In this document: positions 53,164-64,000 of the stretch, one piece after another | Layout of the letters: every line of letters begins with the position of its first letter | How positions within the stretch are numbered: the first letter of the stretch is position 1 | Assembly (NCBI GenBank): GCA_963823665.1 | Contig: CAWGMQ010000010.1 | Location: forward strand, 448,001-512,000 | Length of the DNA stretch: 64,000 nt | Source of the DNA: an uncultured Planctomycetota bacterium | Lineage (GTDB): Bacteria; Planctomycetota; Planctomycetia; Isosphaerales; Isosphaeraceae | Direction: 5' to 3' | The notes under the pieces: model-generated | Told to the model about the DNA's origin: nothing | The model's database searches: none | The model's input: only the letters and a program-made list of their open reading frames with translations | Translations under genes and position numbers: made by a program

Positions 53164-54018
53164 ATGAAGCTGTGCGCACTACAGTTCCTGTCGCTGTCGC
53201 TCGCGAGCATGTTGAGTTTGAAGGCAGATGCAGGGCAGATTTACGGCATAAGTTATTCGGACATCGCAACGGATTCGACGGTGAACTTGACAACGGCTGG
53301 TTCGCTGGACTGGGTGAAGTGGGGCAATGGCCAAAGTGGAAACGTCGCCTACACAACGCCCGTGATGACGGGCAGTTCGATCATCAATCCGAGTCTGACC
53401 CCGCTCGGGTCACCGCCGTCCGGGACTTCGGTGGCTCTGGAGCCGTTTGCCCCTGTGGCGAACGTGACGCCGCTGTTTACTTGGACTAACGGCACAATTG
53501 CGATGGCAGGGGGTAATCCAGTCGGTACCTCGGTCAGCGAGACCATTTTGCCGGCACAGTTCAGCTATCCCAACGGTCTCGGCCTTTCGGTTCAGGTAAC
53601 GGCGGCTGCGACTCCTGAGGAGCTGACTATCTACGTCGCTGGGTTCAACACGAGAATGGACCTCAGTGCCTCATTGAGCGGGGGCGCTCATGATTCGCTG
53701 CTTGCCTCCAGCGCGACTCTTATTCCGGTGGCGGCTGGGAACACGGGTAACAACTACTTCTCGATCGGCGTCTTCTCGATCATCTACTCCGGAGCAGGTG
53801 AGACGTTGACGATCGATCTCACCGGGGCGAATCAGAACGGCATTCCCACGGACGCACCGCAATACGTCTTCCCAAACGCCGGTGTCTATGCCGCCGTTGT
53901 CAACGCTGCCTCGGTGCCCGAGCCCTCGAGTGTCGTGTTGTCGGCGATTGGGCTGGGAGCAGTCTTCGGTTGGTCATGCGTTCGAGCCTGTCGGACCACG
54001 ACTCGCGCGCGGACCTGA
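53164..54018 (+). CDS. Secreted PEP-CTERM protein of unknown function
   Basis: GAGGAG RBS; signal peptide ending ADA; VNLTTAGSLDWVKWG; VPEPSS plus TM plus basic tail. Confidence 0.85.
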   Translation: MKLCALQFLSLSLASMLSLKADAGQIYGISYSDIATDSTVNLTTAGSLDWVKWGNGQSGNVAYTTPVMTGSSIINPSLTPLGSPPSGTSVALEPFAPVANVTPLFTWTNGTIAMAGGNPVGTSVSETILPAQFSYPNGLGLSVQVTAAATPEELTIYVAGFNTRMDLSASLSGGAHDSLLASSATLIPVAAGNTGNNYFSIGVFSIIYSGAGETLTIDLTGANQNGIPTDAPQYVFPNAGVYAAVVNAASVPEPSSVVLSAIGLGAVFGWSCVRACRTTTRART

Positions 54019-54128
54019 GGCGACGCGTGCTTGGCTGGCGGGACGGAATCAGGTGGAAGCATCATGCCCCTCACGGCTAAATTGGAATACGCGTCGAGGA
54101 GGCGCGGGCCGTGTACCTCGCGACGGGA

Positions 54129-56731
54129 ATGCATCCTACAATCGAGCAGCTCGAGGCGTTCGACCGAGGCGACATCGCGGAGGCCGATGCGTCTACGATC
54201 GAGGATCACCTCGTCGCCTGCCCCGAGTGTTCGGCACGCTTGAGCTCGGCCTCGACCCCGGATCAGCTCGTGCGCTTGGTGCGTGCCGCGGCGCGCGGGC
54301 ATCGTTCGGTGGTCCCTCCCACGTTTTCAGCAGACATTCCCAGTCGGTACGAAATACTCGAGCCACTCGGGCGAGGTGGAATGGGAGTCGTCTTCAAGGC
54401 CCGCCAGCGCGCGCTGGGACGGCTCGTCGCGCTCAAACAGATTCGCTCCGGACTCAATGCCGATCCGAAGGAGCTGACGCGGTTCCAGATCGAGGCCGAA
54501 GCGGTCGCGCGTCTATCTCATCCGAACATCGTGCGGGTCTTCGATGTCGGGGTGCAGGACGGCTTGCCGTATATCGCCATGGAACTGGTGGAAGGGCCCA
54601 GTCTCGACGATCGACTCAAGGATGGTCCCCTGCGCCCCGCCGAGGCCGCTGCACTCCTCGGCAAACTTGCCCGCGCATTGCACCATGCCCACGAGCACGG
54701 CGTTGTACACCGAGACTTGAAGCCCGCGAACATCCTGCTTGCACCGGAGTTGACCCCGCGCATCGTCGATTTCGGACTCGTCAAGTTCGAGGGCGCCACC
54801 GCGCTCACGCAATCGGGCGCACTTCTCGGCACACCACGCTACATGGCGCCAGAGCAGACCAGCGGTGGGCCCGCGGGGTGTGCAGTCGATATCTATGCTA
54901 TGGGCGTCGTCCTCTATGAGTGCCTGACGGGGCGTCCGCCATTTCAAGCCGACACTCCGCTCGAGTTGATCGATCAGGTTCGAAACCGCGACCCCATGCC
55001 CCCCGCCAAGATTCAGCCCGGCGTGCCGCGCGATCTTCAGACGATCTGCATGAAGTGCCTGGAGAAAGAGCCCGGCCGCCGCTTTTCATCCGCCGCAGCC
55101 CTCGCCGATGAGCTCGAGCGATTCCTGCGCGGCGAGCCCATACGCGCGCGCCGCCCGCGCGCCGTCGCGCGCCTTTTGAAATGGGTCAAACGCCGCCCAC
55201 ACCAGGCTGCTCTCGCTGGGATCGCCACCATTGCAGTCATCGGTGCGTTCGCCGGACTCATGGTCCATCAAGACCGCTTGAAATTGGAAATCGACCGCAC
55301 CGCGCGAGCCGCGCGAGAGGCTCGCACCCAGAGATTACTCGCCGACGCCAATTACAAAGGTGCCGCGCGACGATCGGAGCAATGCTCGACTGCTTTAACG
55401 ATCCGGCGTTCGCGACCGTTCGGCGACGAGGCGAGCTCCAGCGCGCCCAGGCCGAGAAGGCACTCGGGTTTTATGAGCGCTTGCTCGCCGCCACCGACAT
55501 CTCCGACCCCGTCGTCCAGCTCGACACCGCACGCGCCGCACGCGAGGCTGCCACGATTCAGTATGCCACCAGCCGGTTTGACGAATCGATCGCGACAATC
55601 GAGCAATCGATGCGCTTGATCGATGAAGTCATGGCCAAGCTGCCGGGCGATCCCGAGGTGCGACGGGAGCAAGTACTCTCACGCACCAAACTGGCTCTAT
55701 TCGTGTACGAGTCGCGCAAGGACGCGGCGCGGGCACTCTCCGAGTTCACTCGCGCGATTGCCGACGCCGAGCGCTTGGTTCACGAACATCCCGAATCGGT
55801 CGACGCTCGATCTGATCTGGCCTGGTGCCTTCACAACCAGGGCAGCGTGTTGATCGAGATCGGCCGTAACGAAGTCGCTCTCGCCGCCCACGAACGGGCC
55901 ATCGAAATCAACCGGGCGCTCTGCGCCGAACGCCCGGACGACATGGCGCGCCGCGCGGCTCTTGCCGAGAACCTCAACAACTTCGGCCTCCTGGTGATGC
56001 ACAGAGAGCCCAGCCGGGCCGCGAAGGCCTATGATGAGGCCGCCACGATTCTCGAAGACTTGATGCGGCACGGAACGAACCGGCGCTGGGTGTCGTCACT
56101 GAGCGCGCTCCGAAACAATCAGGGCAATCTCGTCCGCAAACTGGGCCAATCGGAAAAAGCGTATCGCTACTTCGAGCAGGGCCTGGCCCTCATCGATGAC
56201 GCACTCCAGCGCGAGCCAAACGAAAGCGTGCTGCGATACGACGCCCTCAACCTCCACGGCTCGCGTGCCAATCTGCACGCGTCGCTCGGCCGCCACTCCG
56301 AGGCCGTCGCGGATTGGGACAAGGTCATTGAGCTGAACGACGACCCGGTCAATCGAATCAGTTGTCGACTCATGCGCATCCTCGAGCTCGTCCGGACGAA
56401 AGACTACGCTCGAGGAGTCGCCGAAGCCCTCGCCGTGTCTCAACAGCAATCCGATTCGCGCACGCTCGCCGGCGCAGATCTTTACAATTACGGGTGCATC
56501 TTCGCGCTGGCGTCCGTTGCTGCAAGCGCCGACAATCGTCTCGATCACGCTGAGCGCCGTCCCCTGGCTCAGTCTTATGCCAACACCTCGCTCCAGTGGC
56601 TCAAGCGCACCGCCAGCGCCGGCTTTTTCCGCATTCCCAGCAACCGCGAGCACGCCGTCCAGGACACCGATCTCGCGGCCGTGCGCAGTCGGCCAGAGTT
56701 TGCGAAGTTGCTGTACGGCGACATCCCATGA
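54129..56731 (+). CDS. Hanks-type Ser/Thr kinase with N-terminal zinc anti-sigma (HxxxCxxC) motif, TM segment and C-terminal TPRs; frameshift ~55365
   Basis: EDHLVACPEC; LGRGGMGVV, VALK, HRDLKPANIL, DFG, GTPRYMAPEQ; TPR region in ORF 55181..56731 ending LYNYGC...DTDLAAVRSRPEF. Confidence 0.92.
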
Positions 56732-56801
56732 TCGTGCCCCCAAGGCCCCCGGCGTGTCGTTGATCTACCGCAGCGCATCTCTGGTACTTACAATCGTCTT
56801 C

Positions 56802-58670
56802 ATGAAAACGTTGAAGAAAAGCCGGAAGGCTCCCCTGCGCGGTCTGATCCTGACGGCCGCGTTGGCGCTCGCTGCGACAAGCGCGTTCGTCCCTTTCGCC
56901 GATGCCTCGACAGCCGCCGACGAGACCCTCGAGCTTCCCGACGGCCGCCGCGTGCGCGGGCGGCTCGATGGTTCGCTGGCATCGGGATTCTCCTTTGTCC
57001 CGGCCGACGGTTCTAGCGCGCTGGCGATCGCGGCCGGGTCGACCATCACCTGCGACTCCCGCGTCTCCCAGTCGCCCGGCAGTCCGCCGCTTTTCCGGGT
57101 CCTTTCGGGCGAAGCCCTTCGCCTCTCGGGCTCTCTGCGAGCCCTCACCAAGACGAACGTGCTCCTCGATGTAGGCTGGCAGACGCCGCAGATCGCGCTA
57201 TCCCGGCCAGGAGTGCAGGCTGTCGTGCAACGCCCGGGATTGGCGCGCGTGCTCGTCGACAACTTCGAGTCGCTTGAGTCCTCACACTGGAAGAGAAGCG
57301 GGAATGTATCGCTGGTCGCAGAGCCGCACGTGAGCGAGCGAAAGAGCTTGCGGATACCCTCGGGCGGGGCCTCCATCGCTCGCACGTTGGACGAGCCGCT
57401 CGCTGCCGGTCGACTCGAGCTGGCCTACCACGACGACGGGTTGGTCGCGCCGGGTCTGAGATGGTCGATCGATCTCGCGTTCAAGGGACCGAACGACACT
57501 TCGGTCCTCCGGGTCATTCCCGGCTGGGCGGACGAGAGTTTGGCGGTCGAAATGCCTGGCTTTCCAGCGCTTGCGGTGCAGCCGCTGACACGTACGCCGG
57601 GCTGGCATCGGTTCGTGCTTCGCTTCAACCCCGAGAATACCGAGATCTCTGTTGACGGTAAAGACCTGGCACACGGCAAGACTCCCGCAGGCCCGCTCAT
57701 CTCAATCGCTATTGCCAGTGCCTCGACCGCGGCACCCGCAAGGGCGCCGGAAACTCCGAAGACCCCCGTGTGCTTCATCGACGACCTGCAGTTGACTCGC
57801 TTCGCCGAGCCTTCCGCGAATGTCGAGCTGGATGTCAGCCAGGACGAAGGCCGGCTTGTCGTGGGTGACCAGCTCTTCGGTGAAGTCCAGAAGGCAGATA
57901 GCGAACAAATGCTGATGGCCGTTGAGGGAAAGACGATCTCACTACCCTGGGGGCAGATATCCGGTCTTTACTTTCGGCGCGTCTCTGCTGCGGGTACGCC
58001 GGTTCAGGGATTGCTCGCGCGCGTGCAATGGCAATCGGCCGCGGGTCACGATCCCGCCAATCTCGATTTCGCCGAGGGCGCGATCACCTCGGCGAGCGAC
58101 CGAGTCATGACGGTCGCGACTCCCTATTCGGGATTCCTCTCCATCCCGCGCGAGTTGATTCAAACGATCCGGATTCGCGGCTTCGGACGTTGGTATTTAA
58201 TTGACGCAACAGCGCACCATCTGGGCGACGAGGTCTCGATCACCGCGCCTGTCCTGGATCCGCCCGAACCGGAAGGGGCCGTGCTCGAGCGCAAAATCGA
58301 TCTCGCGGAAACGACCGCCGGTTCCTGGTTCCTGATCCTCGACGTTGTGCAGGTCGTTGGTGAAGATGGTGACCCGCTTTACTCGGAGCGCGTGAAGAAT
58401 GGCGAGTTCCGTACCTACGCGCTGGTCAACGGCCGGCGGATCGACTACGTGAACCGCCACATCAAGACCGACAACGCCACGCCCGAGCGCGTCAGGATGG
58501 CCATACCCCCCGGCCTTCTGCACTCAGGCACCAACACGATCCGTCTCGAACTGACCGGCGCGGCCGACAAGAATGCCCAGCTCGACGACCTGGGTGTATT
58601 GCAAATAGCCCTCGAGCAGGCAGACAAGGGAAATCCCGGCCGCAGTGGAACACCCGCCGCCCGCCCTTGA
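56802..58670 (+). CDS. Secreted beta-rich hypothetical protein
   Basis: Signal peptide after MKTLKK; long open frame; HHLGD and LDDL motifs; TACAAT 7 nt upstream of the ATG. Confidence 0.75.
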   Translation: MKTLKKSRKAPLRGLILTAALALAATSAFVPFADASTAADETLELPDGRRVRGRLDGSLASGFSFVPADGSSALAIAAGSTITCDSRVSQSPGSPPLFRVLSGEALRLSGSLRALTKTNVLLDVGWQTPQIALSRPGVQAVVQRPGLARVLVDNFESLESSHWKRSGNVSLVAEPHVSERKSLRIPSGGASIARTLDEPLAAGRLELAYHDDGLVAPGLRWSIDLAFKGPNDTSVLRVIPGWADESLAVEMPGFPALAVQPLTRTPGWHRFVLRFNPENTEISVDGKDLAHGKTPAGPLISIAIASASTAAPARAPETPKTPVCFIDDLQLTRFAEPSANVELDVSQDEGRLVVGDQLFGEVQKADSEQMLMAVEGKTISLPWGQISGLYFRRVSAAGTPVQGLLARVQWQSAAGHDPANLDFAEGAITSASDRVMTVATPYSGFLSIPRELIQTIRIRGFGRWYLIDATAHHLGDEVSITAPVLDPPEPEGAVLERKIDLAETTAGSWFLILDVVQVVGEDGDPLYSERVKNGEFRTYALVNGRRIDYVNRHIKTDNATPERVRMAIPPGLLHSGTNTIRLELTGAADKNAQLDDLGVLQIALEQADKGNPGRSGTPAARP

Positions 58671-59192
58671 GCGCAACGCACCCAATGTACTTCGCTCACG
58701 GACCCGCAGCCCCGACACTCCTGTCGGCCAGGCTGGCGGTGCGGCCCAGCATGGACAAACCTGCTCCGCCTGCCGGCCTCGCATCACGGGCATTTCTGTA
58801 CATTGGCCAATCTGCCCTCGACCGCGCCGGCGAGAGGAAAGCGTCGCGGCGACGACGCGGAGCCATTCGTCCTCGCGAGCTTTCCTCGCACGCAAAAGTT
58901 AACGATCACGCCCCTATCAGAAATTCCCGACACGGGTTGACGCACCAAGGACGTACCGACGTTGAGGCATTGAGCCGCGACGTCGAGCGTTTACGTTGTA
59001 AAATCCAATCCCGATACACATTTAGGGCGTGACGAGGCTTGACAAGAACGATTGCTTTGACAAACCCGCGACCTTACGATTTCAGCTCCCGGAGGGGGGC
59101 GAGAGCACGTAGCCAGGGAGCGTCAGCCCCTGGCACGTGACGAGAACGCGTCGACCAAGACCCGTCTCGCCGTGAATCGCGGCGGTGTTGGC

Positions 59193-59720
59193 CTACTTCG
59201 ACTCGGCCGGCGCGACCTTCTTCTGATACTCTTTCCTGATCTCGGAAATCGCTTTTGCGAGCGATTCGCCGTCTCCCACATCCGCTTTCTTGGCCTTTTC
59301 AATCATTTTGCCCCAGCGGGTCAGATCGGAAGTGCCAATCTTGCAGACGCTTGAGTCCTTCGCCCATTCCTTACAGAGATCTTTGCCGAATGCTTTGATC
59401 TCTTTCACCAGTTTCTTCCGCTCAGGGCCCGGCTTCACACCTTCGACCAGTTCCTTCGCCCGACCCGTCCAGCCTGAAACGAAAAACGACCCTTCGTGGA
59501 ACGACTTGACCCAGCTCCAATACTGGTCCCAGGACTGCTTCTTCTGGTTGGCAGCGTCCCGGTCGTATTCTTCGCGGTACTCCTTCTGTGAGGGCCCGCT
59601 GAACTCGCTCGCTGGATACGGATCCTCTTCACTGCACCACCCCACCGCCGGACCATGCAATATCGAGGTCACGCTGAGCGAAACAACAAGGGCGGTCGCT
59701 AATCTCGTAGATGATCGCAT
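59193..59720 (-). CDS. Secreted helical hypothetical protein
   Basis: GGAG RBS; signal-like N-terminus; Trp/Lys-rich QSWDQYWSWVKSF...EWAKD...DLTRWG. Confidence 0.75.
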   Translation of the reverse strand: MRSSTRLATALVVSLSVTSILHGPAVGWCSEEDPYPASEFSGPSQKEYREEYDRDAANQKKQSWDQYWSWVKSFHEGSFFVSGWTGRAKELVEGVKPGPERKKLVKEIKAFGKDLCKEWAKDSSVCKIGTSDLTRWGKMIEKAKKADVGDGESLAKAISEIRKEYQKKVAPAESK

Positions 59721-60131
59721 GCAGGCATTCTCTCCAGACGCCGATCAATGATCGTCCTAAAGGTAACCAAAGGATACTACAAAGTCGAGCGAAAAGTTCG
59801 TATCCTGGGGCTCTGCTGAACGTTCCCAGTCAGGGGCAATTGGGTAAACCCTCGCGGTGGCCGAGTCGGAACCGGCCCACGCGCGCGCTAACTACCCACG
59901 CGATTTGATTCGGCATTCGCGCGGCCCGCGCTTGCGCCCACGCTGACGCAAGCCCGAGCGATTGTTGAGTTGAATGGGAAATTCGCTACCATCGGGCGCG
60001 CCGACGGTCGTTTCTCCTGCTCGCGCACGGCGCGGGAGCGCTTTCGCCGGGGCGCTGCGCCGTCAGGATCGCGCGCACAGGCGCTGATCTTGTCAGACAA
60101 TCCGCGCCCTGCTGGGGGGGCGAAGATCGTC

Positions 60132-61763
60132 TCATTGACCCTTGTTGAGCTGGTCATAATACGCGCGGACGTGCTTCTCAAGCCGGCGGGGAATTTTCTG
60201 GTTGGAGAGCGCTTCGGCGTTCAAGCCGGCGGCGGCTTCCATTTCTTCCTGCATCTGGATGACGACGTCGCCTTTGACCGTGTTCGTTGGGGTCGTGAGC
60301 CCCTGGAAGACGGCCTTTCCCTTCTTGAGCTGCTGTTTGACCTTGCTGGTGTATGTAGCGGTTTCATCCGGCGCGATAGGGCGATCACCCTGTCCGCGGC
60401 CGCGGCCCAGGCCGTTTCCCATGCCTTTCCGCTGGCTGTTTCCCATTCCGAAGCTGTTGGAGTCGTCGCCGAGCTGGTTCGATGCCATCGCCCTGCATGC
60501 CGTTCTTGGCGTCCTGAAGCTCGGCCATCGCGCCATCCAGCGATTCCAGCTCCTCGAGCTGCTTGGCCATCTGTTGCATTTGCTGCTCGGTCATGCCCAG
60601 TGACTCGGCCGCTTTCTTGGCGTCGCCGGCCTGGAGGGCTTTCTGAGCGTCACCCAGCTTGCTCGCGAGTTGTTGTATCTGCTTGAGTTGCTTGGACTTG
60701 CTCCTCCAGCTTTTCCATCTCTTTTGCGAACTGCTTCTCGCTCAGACCGCCATTCTTGCGGGCTTCTTCGAGCTGCTTTTTTCGTTGGTCGAGGTTGGCG
60801 AGGTCCGAGAGTTTCTTGGCCATCTCGCCGAGCTGTTCCTTGAGTGCCTTCTTCTCGGCCTCACTCATCTTCCCGGACGCCAGTTTTTCTTGAAGCTCTT
60901 TGAGCTGATCGGCCGCTTTCTTGAAATCACCCTTGGCGAGGTCTTTGACAAGCTGATCGGCCGGTCCCTGGCTGCCCATCTCCTTGAGCTGCTTGAGCTG
61001 TCGCTTGACTTGTTCAGGCGAGCCGAGCTGCTTCTGGCGGTCCTTGAGCGCGTCCGTGAGCGCATTGAGCTCCACCATCATCTTGTCCTTGCTCGACGGT
61101 GGGGCCTTTGCGAGGTCTTCGCTCTTTTTCTCGATCTGAGCCAGGAGCTTGTCAGCCTCGGGGAACTTTTCCTTGTCAATCGACTGCCGCTGGCTGGCGA
61201 TTTTCTTGGTAAAAACAGCGGCCTTCTCTTTGAAGACCTTGGTGTCGACCAGAGCGGCGGCTCGCGCCTGCGCAATGCGGGGTACAAGCGTCGGCGCGAA
61301 GAGCAGAACCATGCAAATCGTTGCCGGGATCAAAACCACCCACGCACGCCGCGGGATCCGCGGGCCGAATTCCGCGGCGACATCCAGATCGGCGATCTTG
61401 CGGATTGCGTCAGCCAGAAGCGCTTCTCCCGCAGGCGTCTTACGCAAGTTCTCGGGCAGCGACAGCGCGGTGCTGACCCGTTCGTTCAGGTGGAACACCC
61501 GGTCCAGTGCGATGGCCGCGTCCAGCCGGCTTGGGCCGGTGAGTAAGCGAGAACACCCCCGCCGCCAGCAGGCCCACTCCCGCGGCTACGGCGAACGGAG
61601 CCCACTCCGCCCCCGGCAGCGAGCGATTCAACAGCTTCTCCGCCGCAATCACGCCGGCGACAACCGCCAGAGCCAGCGCCGTTGACCACACAAGCGCCGA
61701 CAAAAAGCGCTGATATCGCAACCGCCTGAATACCCGAGCGACCGGCTTCTCAAGCTCGCGCAT
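60132..61763 (-). CDS. Membrane-anchored long coiled-coil protein; frameshifts ~61545, ~60690 and ~60480
   Basis: Two N-terminal TMs, LNERVSTAL, Lys/Gln/Glu-rich coil, Gly-rich GRGRGQG, C-terminal IPRRLEKHVRAYYDQL. Confidence 0.8.
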
Positions 61764-61993
61764 CTGGGAGCTCCCTTCTGGACTGCCTTTCGGAGACCGC
61801 GGATGACTCTCCGACGAACGTCATACTGTCACACAGTGTACTTCCTTGATTCGCTCTTAGCAAGCATTCATTCCGAAGGATTTCGGAAAGCAATTCGATC
61901 GATTTTCAGATTTCTTCGATTTCTCGCGGATTGGATCCAGCGTACGATGCAGTAATTTGGGTGATCGAGCACAAATAGAGGACTGGTTTAAGC

Positions 61994-63859
61994 ATGTCCA
62001 GCACGCAGACCGTGGGACCGTCTTGCAGCGTCTCGACCGCCTCTTCAGCGACGGGACGCTCGCCGGGCTCGGCGACGGAGAGCTCCTCGAGCGCTTCCGC
62101 ACCCGCCGGGATGAGGCGGCCTTCGAGGCGCTGGTCGAAATGCACGGGCCGATGGTGCTGGGCCTTTGCCGCAGGTTTCTCCGCGACCCACGCGACGTCG
62201 AGGACGCCTTCCAGGCGACTTTTCTCGTCTTGGTGCGGAAAGCGCCGGAAATCCGCAACGGATGTCTTCTGTCGAGCTGGCTCTACGGTGTCGCCCTTCG
62301 GGTGGCAACGCGAGCTCGGGCGAACCTGCTCCGCCGGCGCGGCCGGGAGCATTCCCTCGGCGACGGCCGAATTCGCCTCCACGCCTGACAGTCATGACAT
62401 GCTTGGACTCGGCCCGGTCCTCGATCAAGAACTGAGCCGGTTGCCGGCGAAGTATCGTGCACCGCTCGTGCTCTGCTACTTGCGAGGGCGTACTCACGAC
62501 CAGGCCGCCAGCGAGCTGTGCTGTCCGGTTGGGACGGTCCGAAGCCGGATGGCCCGCGGACGCGACTTGCTCAAGCGGCGGCTCACAGGGCGCGGCTGTG
62601 CACCAAATGCAGCGTTGTTCGGCCTCGGGTTGGACGAGCCGTCGCGTCTGCTCACGGCAGCCCTTCCCGAGCGGCTCGTTGCCGTGACGGTCGACGCCGC
62701 AATCGGCACCGGCTCGACACACACGATAGAAGCCGGCGCGGCACTCGCCCCGGCTTTGGCTTTGACCCAAGGAGTTGTCACTTCCATGAAATTCGCACAG
62801 TTAAAGTGGATCGGTCTGCTGCATGCTTGGCGACCGGTCTTTCGGCCGGCGGGGCCGCTGTGGTCGCAGCCGTCTCGGCCCAGAGTTCCGGCACGTCGTC
62901 ATCGCGAGTCACGGCCGCTGCAGCCGTCGAAGCCCCCGCAGGAAGCCTCGGCCGGCACCCCCAGTACGAGCACCTCCACCGCAGCCTCGGGATCCTCGAA
63001 AACAACAGAACAGCGCTTGCTCGCTCTCGAGCAGCAGATCGACCGGATCTATCGTTTGAACGGCATCACCCGCGATACGGGTGGCCCGGGAATTTCGAGC
63101 GATGCGCCGACGTTGGACCGGGTCGAGGCCAAGCTGCTGTTCCTGATAAGCAAACACGATGATGAACAGCCGACGGGCACGGGCACGGCCAGCGGCACGC
63201 AGCACGTCCCAAGCCCCGACGACTCCCAGCGCAGGGACGATTGCGACAACGTCGAGCGGCGTGACGACTGGAACACGACCCGCGACCAGGACGAACACCA
63301 CCAGTACCGGTGGCACGGCAACTTCCACGTCCGTCCCTTCAACACGCAATTTCGAGGAGCGTTCCATTCCCGAGCGACAGGGTTCGAGCACCCGGATTCG
63401 CGAGCTCGAGTCTCAGCTCAAGCAGGCAGTGATCGAAACCGGACGTGTCGCGGAGCTTCATCGTAAAAACGCGGTCAGCCAGCACGAAGTGCAGAATAGT
63501 CAGGCCACGGATCGACCTGACACTCGCCACGCTCCGGGGAATGGACGACGACTTCGCCGATGAGCTCGAAGAGGCCAAGCTGAGCGTGAAGCGAAAGAAG
63601 GCCGAGGTCGATCAGGCGTTCGCGCAGGTCGAAGGCTCCAAGGTCCTTGTCGCACGCAATCGCGCGTCTGAACCAGCGTCAACCTGGAATGGTCTCCGAG
63701 GAGGATGTCGCTCGAGCCGAAAGCGACCTGAGTTCCAGCCAGCGCACGCACCGCGTCAAGGAGGTCGAGCTCGAGGAAGCCGAGCTCCAATGTCGAAAGC
63801 TCGAGCGCTTCCGCACACGCATCAAGGAGGTGCTGGACTCGCACACAAACGTCCAGTGA
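61994..63859 (+). CDS. ECF sigma factor with long C-terminal extension (TM, Ser/Thr-rich linker, coiled coils); multiple frameshifts
   Basis: LFSDGTLAGLGDGELLERF, HGPMVLGLCRR, EDAFQATFLVL, LPAKYRAPLVLCYL, GTVRSRMARGR; later fragments RIRELESQLK and GMVSEEDV, with stop at 63859. Confidence 0.8.
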
Positions 63860-63862
63860 CCC

Positions 63863-64000
63863 TCACACCTTGACCGCCGTCGATTCCCCATACACCTCCG
63901 CCGCCGCGCTCACGGCCGTGCCGGGTGAAACGCGCATGGCCGAGATCGCGGAGGCAGGTTTCCAGCGCCGAGAGCATAAGCGTCACGTTCTCCCGGCGCG
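63863..64000 (-). CDS. C-terminal fragment of a gene entering from the right edge, possibly class V aminotransferase (alanine-glyoxylate type)
   Basis: RRENVTLMLSALETCLRDLGH...PGTAVSAAAEVYGESTAVKV stop, with one apparent frameshift; only about 45 aa are visible. Confidence 0.4.

Noticed and set aside
1..64000. tRNA, rRNA, prophage, integrase, reverse transcriptase or defence-system genes
   Set aside because: No cloverleaf, rRNA-like tract or diagnostic protein motifs were recognised.

Overview
GC-rich bacterial DNA that is almost certainly from a planctomycete, most likely Isosphaeraceae. The assignment rests on LEPR-XLL-type N-termini, ECF sigma factors with long C-terminal extensions, a ZAS-Ser/Thr kinase, DUF1559, PEP-CTERM proteins and planctomycete-style REP-like palindromes. 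More than 25 single-base frameshifts split otherwise intact genes, including housekeeping genes, which points to uncorrected assembly errors; genes were therefore stitched across frames by eye and frameshift positions are approximate. Contents in order: (1) a giant secreted protein of more than 3,500 aa running off the left edge, with P-domain-like modules, Asp-box propellers and FG-GAP-like repeats, divergent from a prodomain-less S53 peptidase; (2) a glgA-GH57-galT-GH57 alpha-glucan cluster; (3) tandem coiled-coil paralogues, lnt, moeA and an orphan 14-repeat WD40 protein; (4) an ArsR/SRPBCC pair, an ECF-DUF1559 fusion and an SGNH PEP-CTERM hydrolase; (5) a complete IS1182-family element inserted in a hairpin, a 45/25-bp tandem array and an NAxKHG-motif hypothetical gene; (6) trpG/pabA, an ABC ATPase-permease-'IRE-like' operon with a structured leader, a response regulator, lipoproteins and a BON protein; (7) phased TCGACACG boxes and a probable DUF1080-PIG-L fusion; (8) an ECF-PEP-CTERM-kinase module and a further extended ECF. 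No rRNA, tRNA or CRISPR array was recognised. All family assignments come from motif recognition, not database searches.
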